Assembly (NCBI GenBank): GCA_030704615.1
Contig: CM060733.1
Location: 66,278,001 to 66,342,000, forward strand
Length of the DNA: 64,000 nt
Reading direction: 5' to 3'
Origin: Takakia lepidozioides
Taxonomy: Eukaryota > Plantae > Bryophyta
Position 1 is the stretch's first letter. Each line of letters begins with the position of its first letter. Below the pieces are notes generated by a model. The model did not search any database and was not told the origin of the DNA. It worked only from the letters and a program-made list of their open reading frames with translations. Positions 26,201 through 38,200 of the stretch are shown here, piece by piece. The translations under genes were made by a program, and so were the position numbers.

Positions 26201-26761
26201 TCTCAAATTCGTTCATGGTTTCATGCGGCCTGGAACAATTTGTCAACACAGGAATTCGGGCTTGACGATATTTTCTTTAAGGGCCATGAGGCATGGAAAA
26301 ACTTGCACAATTCACAAGTCATTGGTACACCACTCACCTGGACAGACAAGGAGTTCCGGGTCTTCACCAATTTTGCAATTCAGCGCTTACAACAAGTTTT
26401 ATAGATTAAACTTCCAGACATGGTGGGACCACATTGTATGCCCCAGAGGATTCCAGTTAGAGTTCGACCGTTAAAACACCTCAGGGGGGAAGACGATTCT
26501 GATACTACTGGTTCTTCAGCGGACTCTTTTGACATGGCAGAGGACTATGCAATTCAGATGGCAGAGAAGAAACGACGGGGGTCTCCTATGTCTGAAAGAT
26601 TACCTCGATATCAGCCAAAGGAAGGACTGACATTTCCAGGTAGTGCTCAATCATCTCCCTCAACCAGTGACAGGACACGGGCTTGCACACGGAGACCTTC
26701 ACGAGACTCTCAACGTCACAAGGGTGCCCGCTCACAAAGGTTTGCTAATCCCAAACAGTAA
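23207..26761 (+). pseudogene. 3' extra ORF of copy B (1184 codons), 3 in-frame stops
   Basis: ORFs 22913, 24059, 24866, 26420 in one frame; homologous to 5291-8845. Confidence 0.78.
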
Positions 26762-26782
26762 ACCGTGAGGACACGGCTTTTT

Positions 26783-26796
26783 GAGAGGGGGAGGGG
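26783..26796 (+). promoter_or_regulatory. Polypurine tract
   Basis: GAGAGGGGGAGGGG then TAAA before the 3' LTR. Confidence 0.9.
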
Positions 26797-26800
26797 TAAA

Positions 26801-27810
26801 TGTTAGAGGGCTGCTTAGGACTTAGACGCTATTACGGGATCTGTGGGGTACCCTTAATTTTTACACAGACTGAGACCAACAGGAGCCTTAGGGGTGAGAC
26901 CAACAGGCTTTAGGGGGGGAGATACACAGCCCGACATAGTCCATCACAACCCAACACAGCTGTCACAGCCCGTCACAGTCCAACACAGCCAGTCACAGCC
27001 CGACACAGCCGTCACAGCTTCGCACAGCCAACACAGCCCGTCACAGTCAGACACAGCCGTCACAGCCAGTCACAGCCCGACACAGCCGCCACAGCTTCGC
27101 ACAGCCCTACACAGCCCGACACAGCCAGTCACAGCCGGCCACAGCCTGATACAGCCAGTCACAGCTCGGAACAGCTGGGGGGACAGTCATCATTGGCAAG
27201 GAACGACTGTGGGGAACGACATCTGAAAAAAGAACATGTACTACAGGGATGACGGTTAGTTAGGAAAGCAGTTAGAACAGCTTGTAGGGAGATAAAGCGA
27301 AGAGCGGGGACGTCTGGGGATCACTTCTTGGTGGGGGACTTCTGGCATCAGGGCTTGGAAATAGAGGGGAGAGCACATCTCTGAGTGGAAAGATGAAGAG
27401 CACGGAGTATGAGAAGTGACGATCTGTTGTTACTTGATGAATGCAAGCTGAAGAATTGTAATGTAGAGTAGATTAGAGACACCATGGCTTCAGCCTGATA
27501 CTTGATAGATATTAATCTGATACATACTTCATACTCACACTGTGTAGAGAGATCTGAGTGAAGCTGTGGAATGAATGGATGGAACTTGATAGATTTCTGA
27601 AGCAAACTGATACTTAATTGCAGATAGTAAGGTAACTCGCTAACATGAATGCGGGAAGGAGTACAAATAGGAAACACCCCCATGATACACTAGCTGTAGG
27701 TCATGACTGATTGTTCTGAGCGGGCTGAGTGCTTAGAGATTTCCAACTCTTCTATCTTGGAGTTCCCACCTCGGATAGCGAAGGGATGGGTGAGTAAAAG
27801 CCGCTCGACA
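26801..27810 (+). repeat. 3' LTR of copy B
   Basis: TG...CA followed by TSD GAGTC. Confidence 0.97.
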
Positions 27811-27815
27811 GAGTC

Positions 27816-27902
27816 CGCTCATGAAATTCGCGTGTCTTAGACTTTGGCTCACCGCTCATGCGGCTCATGGCTCATGGCTCATGGTTTCTGCTCATGAAAT
27901 AG
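27816..27902 (+). mobile_element. Putative DNA-transposon terminus, continuation of 14810-17167
   Basis: Removing copy B restores GTCCGCTCATG (cf. 4201); ends GCTCATGAAATAG like 4241-4253. Confidence 0.55.
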
Positions 27903-28089
27903 TAAACCTCAATCTCCGTTACGATCTGAGTCAAAGAATTGTGATTGGAATAAAAGAGGCTGGTTATATGAGGTCCATACTGTTGTTGATTCAAGCAAGC
28001 AGATTTCGTGGGATTTTGATAAATTCCCTGTGAATAGCAAGATAAACAAAGCGCCTGAAATTGGTCATAGTTGGACAGGAAGAGACAGG

Positions 28090-30499
28090 GAGAGTTAGAC
28101 ATCTTTCACCACTCCTGGAAAAGGCTATTCATTAGCGTGCTAAAGGTCGCGGGTGCGTTGGTGAGCCCAAAAGGCATTACCAAGAACTCATATGAACCAT
28201 ATCTTGTCATGCACGCGGTCTTCTCCTCATCTCCTTCCACCACTTGGTTTTGGTAGTAACCCGAGCGCAAATAAATCCGGCTGAAATACTTTGCGTCTGC
28301 CAACCGATCGAAGAGGTCGTCAGTTCTTGGCAGAGGGTACCGGTTTCTGATAGTCACCTTGTTTAGAGCCCTGTAATCGACACACATCCGCAGCGTTCCA
28401 TCCTTTTTGTCTGCGAATAGCACCGGGCTCCATAAGGTGACTTACTTGGCTGGATGTATCCCTTTGCCATGAGGTCCTTGAGCTGCTTCTTCAGCTTCAC
28501 CAACTCCCTATGGCTCAACCGGTATGGTGCCTTGGTGCTGTCCGCCATAAGCCGCCACACCTGATTTTCCTTTCGGAGCATCGGGTGCCGCCTTGACGTG
28601 CGAAGGCCCTCCCTTTGATTTCCATGTGCCATTGTCGCCGCGTGGCCTATCCCACTTTTTTTCCGGTCAGAAATAGTCACCCTCCCGCCGGACATTCTTG
28701 TGGTTCAGCTCCGTACGGCTCCGTCTTTCGCCCCTAGGGACATCCGAGAAGCATTCAGCCCTTTCAATTGCCTCGTTCAAAGTCTTTGGTGGCCTCTCCT
28801 CCAACTTCCACCTGGCCCATGGGGCAAGTCCCGCCACAAAGTTGAAGACCATTTTTGGTTCCGCCATATCCGCGACTTCAAGCAATAACACATTGAAAGC
28901 CTGAACATATCCCCGAATGTCATCCGTTTGCTTCAAGTTCCTTATCTTGTCCCGGGCGAGCCAGGACCCGTTGAGGGGCACAAACTGTCTTTTCAAAAGT
29001 TCCTTGAACCCACTCCAGTTCAAGGTTTCTGGGTTTGGCCCTTGGTCATGAAAGCACTTCTGCCGCCATTGTTGAGCATAGCCCCTCAAATAGGTGGGAG
29101 CCACTTCCACCCGATCCTCGTCACTCAACTTGGCCGCCCGGAAGTTTTGCTCCAGCTCCAAGAGCCAGGTGTTGAGTGCCTAGGTTCCTTAGGCTTCACC
29201 TTAAACTTTTCCTTAGTGGAAGTGGCATTAGCCGCCCTCATCACGTATTTCAGCGTCTCGCCAAACTACGCCAACAACCCTTCCCAAAAGGCTGCTGGCA
29301 TGGGAGGCATCTGTTGGTCTGGCGGAGCCTTTGGAAGGTCCTCGGGCTTTGACTCCCCAGATTCCTTCCACTCTCGAGCGGCCTCGCTTTCAAAAGCAAA
29401 AATTGCCTCTTCCATTTGCCGCTTCGGTGACACGTCGCTCCCACCGGGCTCACTGGGATCATCGTCTTTCGGGCCGTTTCGCTTTTGGTTTGTCTTGCCC
29501 GACCCCATGGTGAGGCCGATCTCAAGGACGATTGCGTACTGAACTCTAAGCTCTGATACCAAGTGTCGCGCACGTCACTTTGGTAAGCTCCCCTTCAAGT
29601 CATAGTTACTCACTTTGATGCGCGCGCCTAATGACCTGTTGGGCTCAGTGGAAATTCCCTTTGGTAGATGGCAGTCCAGAACAGCTCCCCACACCTTGGT
29701 CGCTTTCCGGCTCACACGCTTACTCACTAGTTTTTGGTCACCAACGGGCTTGCACCGTTCTTGGGATTACTACTCCCTATATATACTTCTGTAGGTGTCC
29801 GCGGGGGTTCCACAAGTAGCCAAGTCCAAATCTCGTGCACCACCACTTAGACCCTCGATCGTCCCTGTGGTGAGCCACGGTGACTTCCCTGGCAGCCTTG
29901 CTTCTCGAGCTCCAGGCTGCTTTTTCTTTTTGGTCATGAAGCGGTGCCTTCCTATGTCAGCCTCCATGGCACTCATTTAGAGGTTATTTTTTCCTCTTGT
30001 AACCCCATGACTCCTGTCCTTTTATATATAATCCATCCATCTCGTAACTTCCTTGGATGAACTCCAATTTTGTTCATCCCTCAACCAAAATTGTGGCGCG
30101 GAAAATTTTCTGTCTGCTCCAATTTATAGCGGGCAGAAACATTAAATGCTCCGCCGTCTATAATTTTCTAAGTGGCAGGGGGGCCTGATGCATGGCCCAA
30201 GAGGTGCCAACGGCGTTGACCCTGTTGATCACAATATGATTATTTTAAAGGTTTGACTTGAGAGCCTCAAGTCAAAACCTCCTAAAGTCAACCTTCCTAG
30301 GTTTGACATATTTTCCACAATATGACTTTATCAAACATTGACCTACTCTCCATAATATAAATATCTTATAGGTTTGACTTGAGAGCCTCAAGTCAAACTT
30401 CCTTAAGTCAAACTTCCTAAGAACCTTCCTGGTTATTTTGGAAACTTCTAGGGAACTTTCTTCCTCCATCTAGAACCTTCTAGATTCTACCCTGTTACA
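28090..30499 (-). mobile_element. Truncated chromovirus-type Ty3/Gypsy element: LTR 30499-29564, tRNA-iMet PBS, gag, partial RT
   Basis: Minus LTR TGTAACAGG...CGACA with TATATAAAAGG; PBS TGGTATCAGAGC (29561-29550); gag 29510-28667; [18 protein letters not shown]...[12 protein letters not shown] 28560-28106; protease missing. Confidence 0.88.
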
Positions 30500-30759
30500 C
30501 GGCATGGATAGGGGCATCTGGTCTCTAGTCATGAACAGTAAAGGGTCAAGATGTGATAGTGACCATAGCCTCACTAAGTCCTCCACCACTGTCCCTACTA
30601 CACTCAAACTCGATAGATCAAGATGTCGGGTACAAGAGCAGCCTCATCGTTAGTCGTTGTCGTGCAACCTGTGAACTTGAGTCTGGGATCTCGTGTATTG
30701 ACTCCTATGAATTTGGCCGCCCATGTCTTGTTAGCTGCCACTGGTCATATCCACTGCCA

Positions 30760-32615
30760 CTATCCCAAGAAGTGTGGACATAACCAATCTCCATCAGAAA
30801 CCTTATCAAGAGGTGGTGTCAAGTATCCCATGTGTCAACCTCTTGAGCATCGATCACACATCAGCATGCACCTCAAACCTGCAGATACCACTGCCAAGTT
30901 CGACATTGCAGGGAGGGTGACATGGCGCACAATTACGCACATGGTCCTTCCAAGTCATGCCATCCTGACCCTCCAAGATCAGGACTCTTGAGGGCAACAC
31001 CTCTCGGACCCTCAGAATAACACGCCCTGCAGTCACATCCAAGGTCGTAAGAGTAGTCTGCTGAAAATAAACATAGTCCCCAGGGTGGAACCTCCGAACC
31101 CCATGACGATATCTTCCACCACGTATAGTGGCATACCTCAACGTATCACGGTGCTGTGCAATGGCAAGGTTCTCAAAAGCCATGGGCATGACTTTCTTGA
31201 ACAATTCTGCACGCTGATCACATGCACGTACCCACACGTCCGGATCGTCAAGGTTAAGGACTTGAGCATTGTCTCTACGAATGGCTGCAGACAAATCCAG
31301 CTCTCGACCAAAGAGAAGGAAATATGGTGAGAATGAGGCAAGTAATGCTTGTTTGCTGAACCTGTAGCCTATGGCTAACAAAGGCACCTGAAGATCCCAA
31401 TCTCCTAGGTGTCCCTTCTGCAAGCCATACTTGCGCAAACCCCTCTTCACTGTCTGCACAACTCTCTCTGCCAAGCCATCGGTCTCAGGATGATCCCGAG
31501 AAGTGGTGCGGTGGTCTATCAAGGCTTTATCACACAAAGCCTAAAACTCCCCCAAGAACTCTCTCTCTTGTCCGTGATTACCTCAGCTGGAGCACTGAAT
31601 CGGCTAAGCACAAGATCCAAGAATGTATATGCAGCCCCCTCACTAGTCTTGTCAGGCAATGGAACCAACTCAATCCACTTGGAGAAGTGCTCCACCATCA
31701 CCAATACATATCTGTGGTGACGCATCCTCAGTGGCAACAGTGGTGCGAAGTCAAGACTCCACCTGTAGCCCAACCCCATGATGGGTATAGGATGCAACTG
31801 TGGTGTAGGGGCGTTGAAGGAATCACGCACCCTGTCACACACCATGCACCTGGCCACGAACTGTTGCACATCTGTATGCATATCACGCCACCAATACTGC
31901 CCCTGTAGTAAACTGTGAGTGCGTCGCACTCCAAAATGCCCCAACTCCTCATGGGCATGCCGCACTAACCATGCACGTTGAGTTGGGTGAGGCACAATCC
32001 TCACCTGACCATCCTCCCACACTCGGAGCAGGTGTATCCCCTCCCACTTGGACCTCTTGGCTCGTTGCAGGATCCGATCCCTCTCCTTGGCAATCACAGT
32101 GGCTGTCGTGTCTCCAGTACGGAGATAGTCCAACACAGCCAAATCCTCATGTATATTTCTAGCACCACCTGGCTCGTCACTAGCCTCAGGGTCCTCAGAC
32201 ACTCTGTCTATAGTCATCCCTATTGTAGGCCCAATCTGGCCTCCCGCTGCCAAGATACACAGAAATGTAGATGCGTGCCATCCCGGCACCATCTCCTCGT
32301 CCGTCTCACCATGCCACCGAGCTCCAGTGTCATCCTGCTGGCTCGTGTATGGATTGCGACTCAATCCATCCGCATCCCGATTGACCAAACCCGATTGATG
32401 CACAACCTGAAAAGTCATATTCCTGGAGTATGAGTGCCCACCGTGCAAGCTTCCCCGTAAGCTTGTTTGACTCCATCAACCACTTGAGTGGTTGGTAATC
32501 CTTGACAAGGGTGATGAGATTGTCATATAGATAGCACTTGAAGCGTGCCACGGCCCACACTGCAATTAAGCACTCTCCCTCATATGAGCTATACTTAGCA
32601 TCTGCAGCGTTGTTC
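30760..32615 (-). pseudogene. RNaseH C-part, integrase and degenerate PHD of copy 1
   Basis: YEGECL, DADGLSR, HAHEELGHFG...CMVC, GLAERVV, CDRC...WLCPH. Confidence 0.9.
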
Positions 32616-34378
32616 GTGCTTCTAGCCAACCACTACCTCAACGTGCTCAAGGCAACAAATGAACTCAGGCGAAGCCCAGGGAAGGACAGAGAGGAACTCA
32701 GATGCAAGGGTCTCTCCCTTCATTTGCAGGCCAACAACCGGTGGATGTGGTGTGTTGGACATGTGGAGGACCCCATGTCAAGAAGGATTGCCCAAAGAAC
32801 GGCAAAGGGTTGGCCCAGGTACAACCTGCACAGTTGCAGTGTGGCCATTGTGGCAAGTATAGGCATGGAGACTCCCAATGTTACAACTTGCATCCTGAGT
32901 TACGGCCAGGCCAGTTCCAACGGAACAATGGTGTCTGGGGGCAAGGTGGAGCAGCTTAGAGAGGACGAGGTGGTCAGGCACGAGGTGCAGGCCAAGGGCA
33001 AGCTCAGCATGGCCAGGGACGTGGAGGTCAGGGTATTGACCAAAGCATGGCCAACCAGCTTCAGCAGCTGGAGCAGAGGCTTGTTGCTATGGCCACAGTT
33101 AAGGTGGTAATGGTTCCAAGGCATGAGTGTCCACCTCTTGCTCCTGAGGGAGGAGATATGGGAGGCATGAGATTCCTATGCGGGGCAGCACTACCACTAG
33201 TGCAGGTGGAGTCTGCTGCAGCCGTGACTCGAGGAGCAGCACGAATTCCTGAGCCACGAGGTGCAGATGTGGAGTTGGAACCACAGCGTGGGGAGGCAAG
33301 CTGTCAGGCTAGGTTGCCTCAATCATTCATATTGGCGGAGACAGTGTCGACGCCATCCATAGTACCTAGTTCTCGCCCGACTATTACCGAGGCGGAGATT
33401 ATTGTGCCATTGGGGAGAGCCACACGGGCAGCACTACTACCTGCTGCCAAGGCTATGGCAGCTAGTGTGCTGCTAGGGACGGTCACATCTGTGTGCCAGG
33501 CTCCATTGTTCTCGGCAACCATGATTGCGACGCCGGGGATAAGACCTGCTGCAGTGTTCAGACTAGCAGCGATACTCTGTGAGAGTGGGGAGGTTACTTT
33601 ATCTTCTGCGGAGATAATGGAAGGTGTAGTGGCGGAGGGATCCTCGGATTTGAGGGTCAAGACTACCACGGCGGCGCCATGGCAAGCTGCAGCTGTCAGG
33701 TTGATGGAGCTGCCAGCTAGGCCAGCCATTGAGCGCGCCATGGTGACACCTGGGGTTGTCTTGTTAGACACCCAGGAGGGTATTTTCTATTTGAGTGGAC
33801 CGGCAGGCAAGAGGTACCGACTCGGGAGCTCAGCCGTTGATGCTGGGCAGAGCTGCTATTGCAAGCTTGGGCCTCACGGAGGCGGATATGGAGCCCTGTC
33901 CTTTCCAGATGCAGACATCTCTAGGGGGATCAGAGCAGGCTCGGGACATGACACGGCGTGAGTTGGCTATTAGACTACGGCCGGATCACCCTACAGATGG
34001 CTCAGTGATGCGAGCCAAGGCCATTTGTGACAAACGTGGTCTCTTACGATGTCCTAGTTGGTGGGGCAGTGTTGTACCCCATGGGCTTCACCCTGAATTT
34101 TTGGGAGGAGAAGACAGCCTCCTATAGGCCTGGATGACAGTCAGGGGAGGGCCGGCGTGTGCAGCTCCCTGTGACGTTCATAGGAGGAGTTGCGGTTGCC
34201 CAGCGAGGCAAGATGCCAACTCTAGCAGCATTCACAACTGCAGTGAGTTGGCCTGGAGAGTTGCTAGAGGGCAACGCTCATTCAGAGGATGTGTCACCTC
34301 CAGCAGAGCAGGTTGACATGTATGGTATAGCGGAGTTGTCTGCCATGATTGCTCACACCCCACTGTGGGGCACGAGCA
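32616..34378 (+). pseudogene. gag zinc knuckles and aspartic protease of copy 1 (inverted segment)
   Basis: CWTCGGPHVKKDC, CGHCGKYRHGDSQC, DSGAQPLMLG. Confidence 0.85.
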
Positions 34379-34828
34379 TATGGCGGTCGCTGGTTTTATA
34401 TATATATATTTAAAATAAAGCGACCGCCATATTATGGTGGTCGCTGGTTTTTTTTAAATATATTTAAAATATAGCTGGTTTTTTTTATGGCAGTTGCCTG
34501 CTTTTTATATATTATTGAAATTAAGCGACCTCTAATTCTGGCGGTCGCTTGTTTTTTTATATATTTTCAAAATTATGCGACCGCCAATACGGAGGTCGCC
34601 TTTTTTCTTATAAAAATTAGACGACCGCCAATACGGAGGTCGTTTTTTTTTTAATAAAAATTAGACGACCGCCAATGCGACCGCCAATTTTGTTTTTTTT
34701 ATAAAAAGAATTAAGTGAACGTCATGTTGGCGGTCGCTCTTATTTCTGAATTAACCGCCAGAATTGGCGGTCACTTTCATTTTATTATTTTCCAAAATGT
34801 ATTTGCCACCGCCACCGTGTTGGCGACG
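34379..34828. mobile_element. ~450-bp AT-rich non-autonomous insertion with GCGACCGCCA repeats, no TSD
   Basis: Absent from copy 2 (GAGCAAGGATTTG contiguous there); many GGCGGTCGC/GCGACCGCC motifs; terminal hairpin CGCCA-CCGTGT-TGGCG. Confidence 0.8.
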
Positions 34829-34910
34829 TGGATTTGCAGTGGGTTGCTGATCGGCGGGTGCAAAAGCCTGGGTAGAGGCTTTTGTACCATCAAGAGAGGA
34901 GGAGAGTGCG

Positions 34911-36011
34911 GTGATTGCACCAGGACCACCTCAGTTGTCGTCATTGGACACCACACCTATCGTGTGGCAGTATCCGGATGAAGACATTTGTCTTCTAGAC
35001 TTGTTTGGCGGAATCAACACTGGATTGACTGCTGTGCTACAGCTAGGTGTACGGGTACGGAGATACCTGTATGTGGAGAGAGATGAGACTGCACAACGCG
35101 TCTCACTACGCCATATTGCCCAGTTGGTACAGCAGTACCCTGAGTTGTTGCCGGTGTCTGTAGTTCGTGGATACCAGCAGACATTACCAGCAGACATTTC
35201 CTTGTTGGGGGCGCAGGATTTGGAGCGGGTTGGCTCCATTTATTTGGTAGTGGCAGGTTGGCCCTGCCTAGGGCATTCATTAGCCGGGCATGGCAATGGA
35301 TTGCGAGACTCGAGGTCGGGTCTGTTTTGGGAGATGGTGCGGGTTTTGCGCCACTTACAGCTTCTCCAAGTTGTATCTCCAGTATACATCTTGGAGAATA
35401 TGCCACTGATGGGCGATTCTTGGGCCAGGGTGATGGCCAATGTGCATCAAGTCCGGTCGTGGCTTGGGTCAACAGTTTTGCTGGATGCAGTTGTAGTAGG
35501 GTCACGGGCTCATCGTCCGCGGCTATGGTGGCATAACTTGATGCCACCCGCATTGCTCAAGCGTGCATTTGATGTGGTGCAGCGGCCAGCACGCCTCATG
35601 GTGGATAGCATTTTGGACACAGGGAGGCAGTCTCAGCATGTGAGACACGATGACCATTCGCCTTTGGTAGTGGTCAACAAGGTGGGTCAACCACGAGCAG
35701 CACTACCTACACTGCTCAGCTTCCCAGGATCGCATGCTTTCCGGGATAGTGGATCTGGCCTCCTGTGGGATGCTCAGTTGCAGCAGTTAGTGGAGCCTAA
35801 TGCTGACGAGCGTGAGCGGGCGATGGGTTTTTCCATTGGGACCACGGCGGTGCCGTCTCTCTCTGAGGCATCACGTTGTCAGGTGTTGGGGCAAGCAATG
35901 GATCTCAATTGCTTGACTAGATTATCAGCTTGGCTATGGCTGAGCAACGCAGAGTGCGGAATACACTTCTCTCGATGGTCTCTCTGCCTACCGAGACGGT
36001 ACAGGCAGTGA
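34911..36011 (+). CDS. C5 cytosine DNA methyltransferase domain (DNMT3/DRM-like motifs) within the retroelement polyprotein
   Basis: Motifs I LLDLFGGI, II YVERD, IV VAGWPC, VI LENM, VIII HRPRLWW, IX ERERAMGF, X LGQAMD in one open frame. Confidence 0.93.
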   Translation: MIAPGPPQLSSLDTTPIVWQYPDEDICLLDLFGGINTGLTAVLQLGVRVRRYLYVERDETAQRVSLRHIAQLVQQYPELLPVSVVRGYQQTLPADISLLGAQDLERVGSIYLVVAGWPCLGHSLAGHGNGLRDSRSGLFWEMVRVLRHLQLLQVVSPVYILENMPLMGDSWARVMANVHQVRSWLGSTVLLDAVVVGSRAHRPRLWWHNLMPPALLKRAFDVVQRPARLMVDSILDTGRQSQHVRHDDHSPLVVVNKVGQPRAALPTLLSFPGSHAFRDSGSGLLWDAQLQQLVEPNADERERAMGFSIGTTAVPSLSEASRCQVLGQAMDLNCLTRLSAWLWLSNAECGIHFSRWSLCLPRRYRQ

Positions 36012-36289
36012 GTGGGGGCGAGCAGGTGAGGACCACGGGGTGCAAGCATCCATGGCACACGTGGGAGGTGGTCGAGGTTCAAAGGGAGTTGGCAGCCAAG
36101 GCGGTGGTGATGGATGAGGTTGGGGATTTTTCTCGGGTTGAGGAAGTCCTCGAGGATGAGATGATGGGGCAAGATGAGGCCTTGTCATTGACTGAGCAGA
36201 CAGAGAGTACTGCTCAAGAGGTTGCAACATAGCAACCATTGGACGCGTCCTCTACCTCTAAGCCCACTAGACTTAAGGTTGCAGTTACG

Positions 36290-37452
36290 AGGGACAATTG
36301 GGAGCCTAACATTGGACCCATTGTCACCGGAGAAGAGCGATGACGTATACGGCAATTCCTGAGGGCTTACAGGAATTGCTTTACCTTCAGTTTGAAGGAC
36401 TTGGGAGCACTGAAGGGTCAGGAAATTCGCATTGAGTTGACTACTAACACGCCAATCTTTCGGAGACCCTATAGATACAGTGACATGGAGAGGTCTTTGA
36501 TTCAGATGAGGACTCAAGACCTCTGGGAGACAAGTTTGGTGGAGCTCTCTGGTGGAGAGTATGCTTCAGCCATAGTGATGCCAGCCAAGAAGGATGTCTA
36601 TGGCAATTGGACGGAGAGACGTATGTGCAGTGATTACCGGCCTGTAAATCATCAGACCAAGTCCGATAAGTATGCCATGCCCACACCGGAGGAGATCTTT
36701 GATGCCATTGGGCATGCTAAGGTCTTTAGCACTTTGGATTTACGATCCGGATATCACCAGTTGCTGATCAAGGAGGCGGACAAGCAAAAGACGACATTTT
36801 GGGGGATCAATGAACACGGGAATGATTGCTTATATTAGTGGCGATTCTTACTATTCGGCCTTAAGAACGCTCCTGCAGAGTTCTAGAGAGTCATGGACAG
36901 GGTTCTCGCAGGGGTAGAGTTTGCTCAGTGCTACATAGATGATATCACCATCTTCAGTGCTACGGTGGAGCATGAGAGATACCTTCAGGTGGTATTGGAG
37001 CGCTTGAGAGCGCACGGATTGAGCTGCAACGGGGGAAGTGCAAGTTTTTCCACAACCAGATTGAGTATCTGGGTCACATGATATATCCTGGAGGATTGGG
37101 GGTACAGCAAACTAAGGTAGAGGCCATTGCACAAATTCCACGCCCCACGGATGTGAGCCGAGTTCGAGTTTTCATGGGGTTGGCAAACTATTGTAGACGG
37201 TTTGTCAAGGGATTTAGTGCCATTGCAAAGGCTCTAACCAAGCTGACCAAGGTGGACCAGGAGTGGCAGTGGGAAGATGAGCAGGAACGAGCTTTTCAAG
37301 AGCTTAAGGCAAGGTTGACCTCGGCGCCCATCTTGAGACGACCTATCACGGGGCGTCCCTTTCAGCTGCATACAGATTGGAGCATGCTGGGGCTTGGAGC
37401 GGTGCTCACACAGGTGGATGATGAGGGAAGAGAGTTTGTAGTGGCTTATGCT
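36290..37452 (+). pseudogene. Reverse transcriptase and RNaseH N-part of copy 1
   Basis: RMCSDYRPVN, LDLRSGYHQ, FGLKNAP, YIDDI, LHTDWS; stops and frameshifts. Confidence 0.92.
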
Positions 37453-38200
37453 CTTGCAAGCTCCGCAACTTCTCTGTCCTCACCCCTTGGTAGTTCACTC
37501 TCAACTCTTCGAAGAACTCCATAACAGGGTTGAAGGCAGGCACGGGTACTGGTGCTGGTGGGGCAGTGGCTTGGGTGGACGTTGTAGCTACGGTACCACT
37601 AGTCTCACTAGTCCCACTGCTGCTTGTTGAAGCTGCCGATGCAGCTGCAAGTATAGCCACTGCTCTCGTGGTTCTAGTGCCCCTAGTGATGGAGACATAG
37701 TTGGGTGACCAGTACATCCTCCACTCCTCGATCTCAACCTCATGCCCCCGCCTGAACTCATGGTAATCATCCATGGGCGGCCCCTCAAGGTGCTGAAACA
37801 GCCCCTTCCATGCCATGAAAGGCGTAATAGTTGTGGATTGCGCATTTGCTGCAAGTCACACCAACTATCAAACTCTTGAATAAAATCGTCCAGCTCAATG
37901 GTGCCCACTGCTCCAGAGTACCTACGTGGCCCTTTGGTAGCTCCATATATCTCCTCCATTGTATCCCACAACAATGGCAAGGAAGTAACTTGCACCGTCG
38001 GCGTGAACCCTCCTGATTCAGAGTCTGAATCAGAACCTTCCTTGGAAGACATAGGAGGTGAAGGTGGCCTAAACCGCACACCTCATCTCGTGTACCCACT
38101 AGTATCGCTAGTGCTCGTATTAGCACTCTCCCCAGCAACTAGTGGCACCTCCGTGTTGACAAACTAACACTCAACCGGTCATGAACATGTCCCTAACCCC
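37453..38200 (-). pseudogene. gag N-terminal part of copy 1
   Basis: RYSGAVGTIELDDFIQEFDSWCD...AWKGLFQHLEG...FFEELRVNYQG; matches 54760-55468. Confidence 0.75.

Larger units (their letters stand above)
17168..27810 (+). mobile_element. Ty3/Gypsy non-chromovirus (Athila/Tat-like) LTR retrotransposon, copy B, both LTRs present, lacking PR-RT-RNaseH
   Basis: LTRs 17168-18166 and 26801-27810 (TG...CA), TSD GAGTC at 17163-17167 and 27811-27815, PBS, PPT, gag, integrase, extra ORFs. Confidence 0.97.

Noticed and set aside
4253-27902. The two GCTCATGAAATAG termini as ends of one insertion
   Set aside because: Same orientation and non-matching flanks
34911-36011. Host DRM/DNMT3 gene or bacterial restriction-modification contamination
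   Set aside because: Intronless, embedded between protease and RT in both copies, motif order not permuted as in DRM, and no endonuclease nearby
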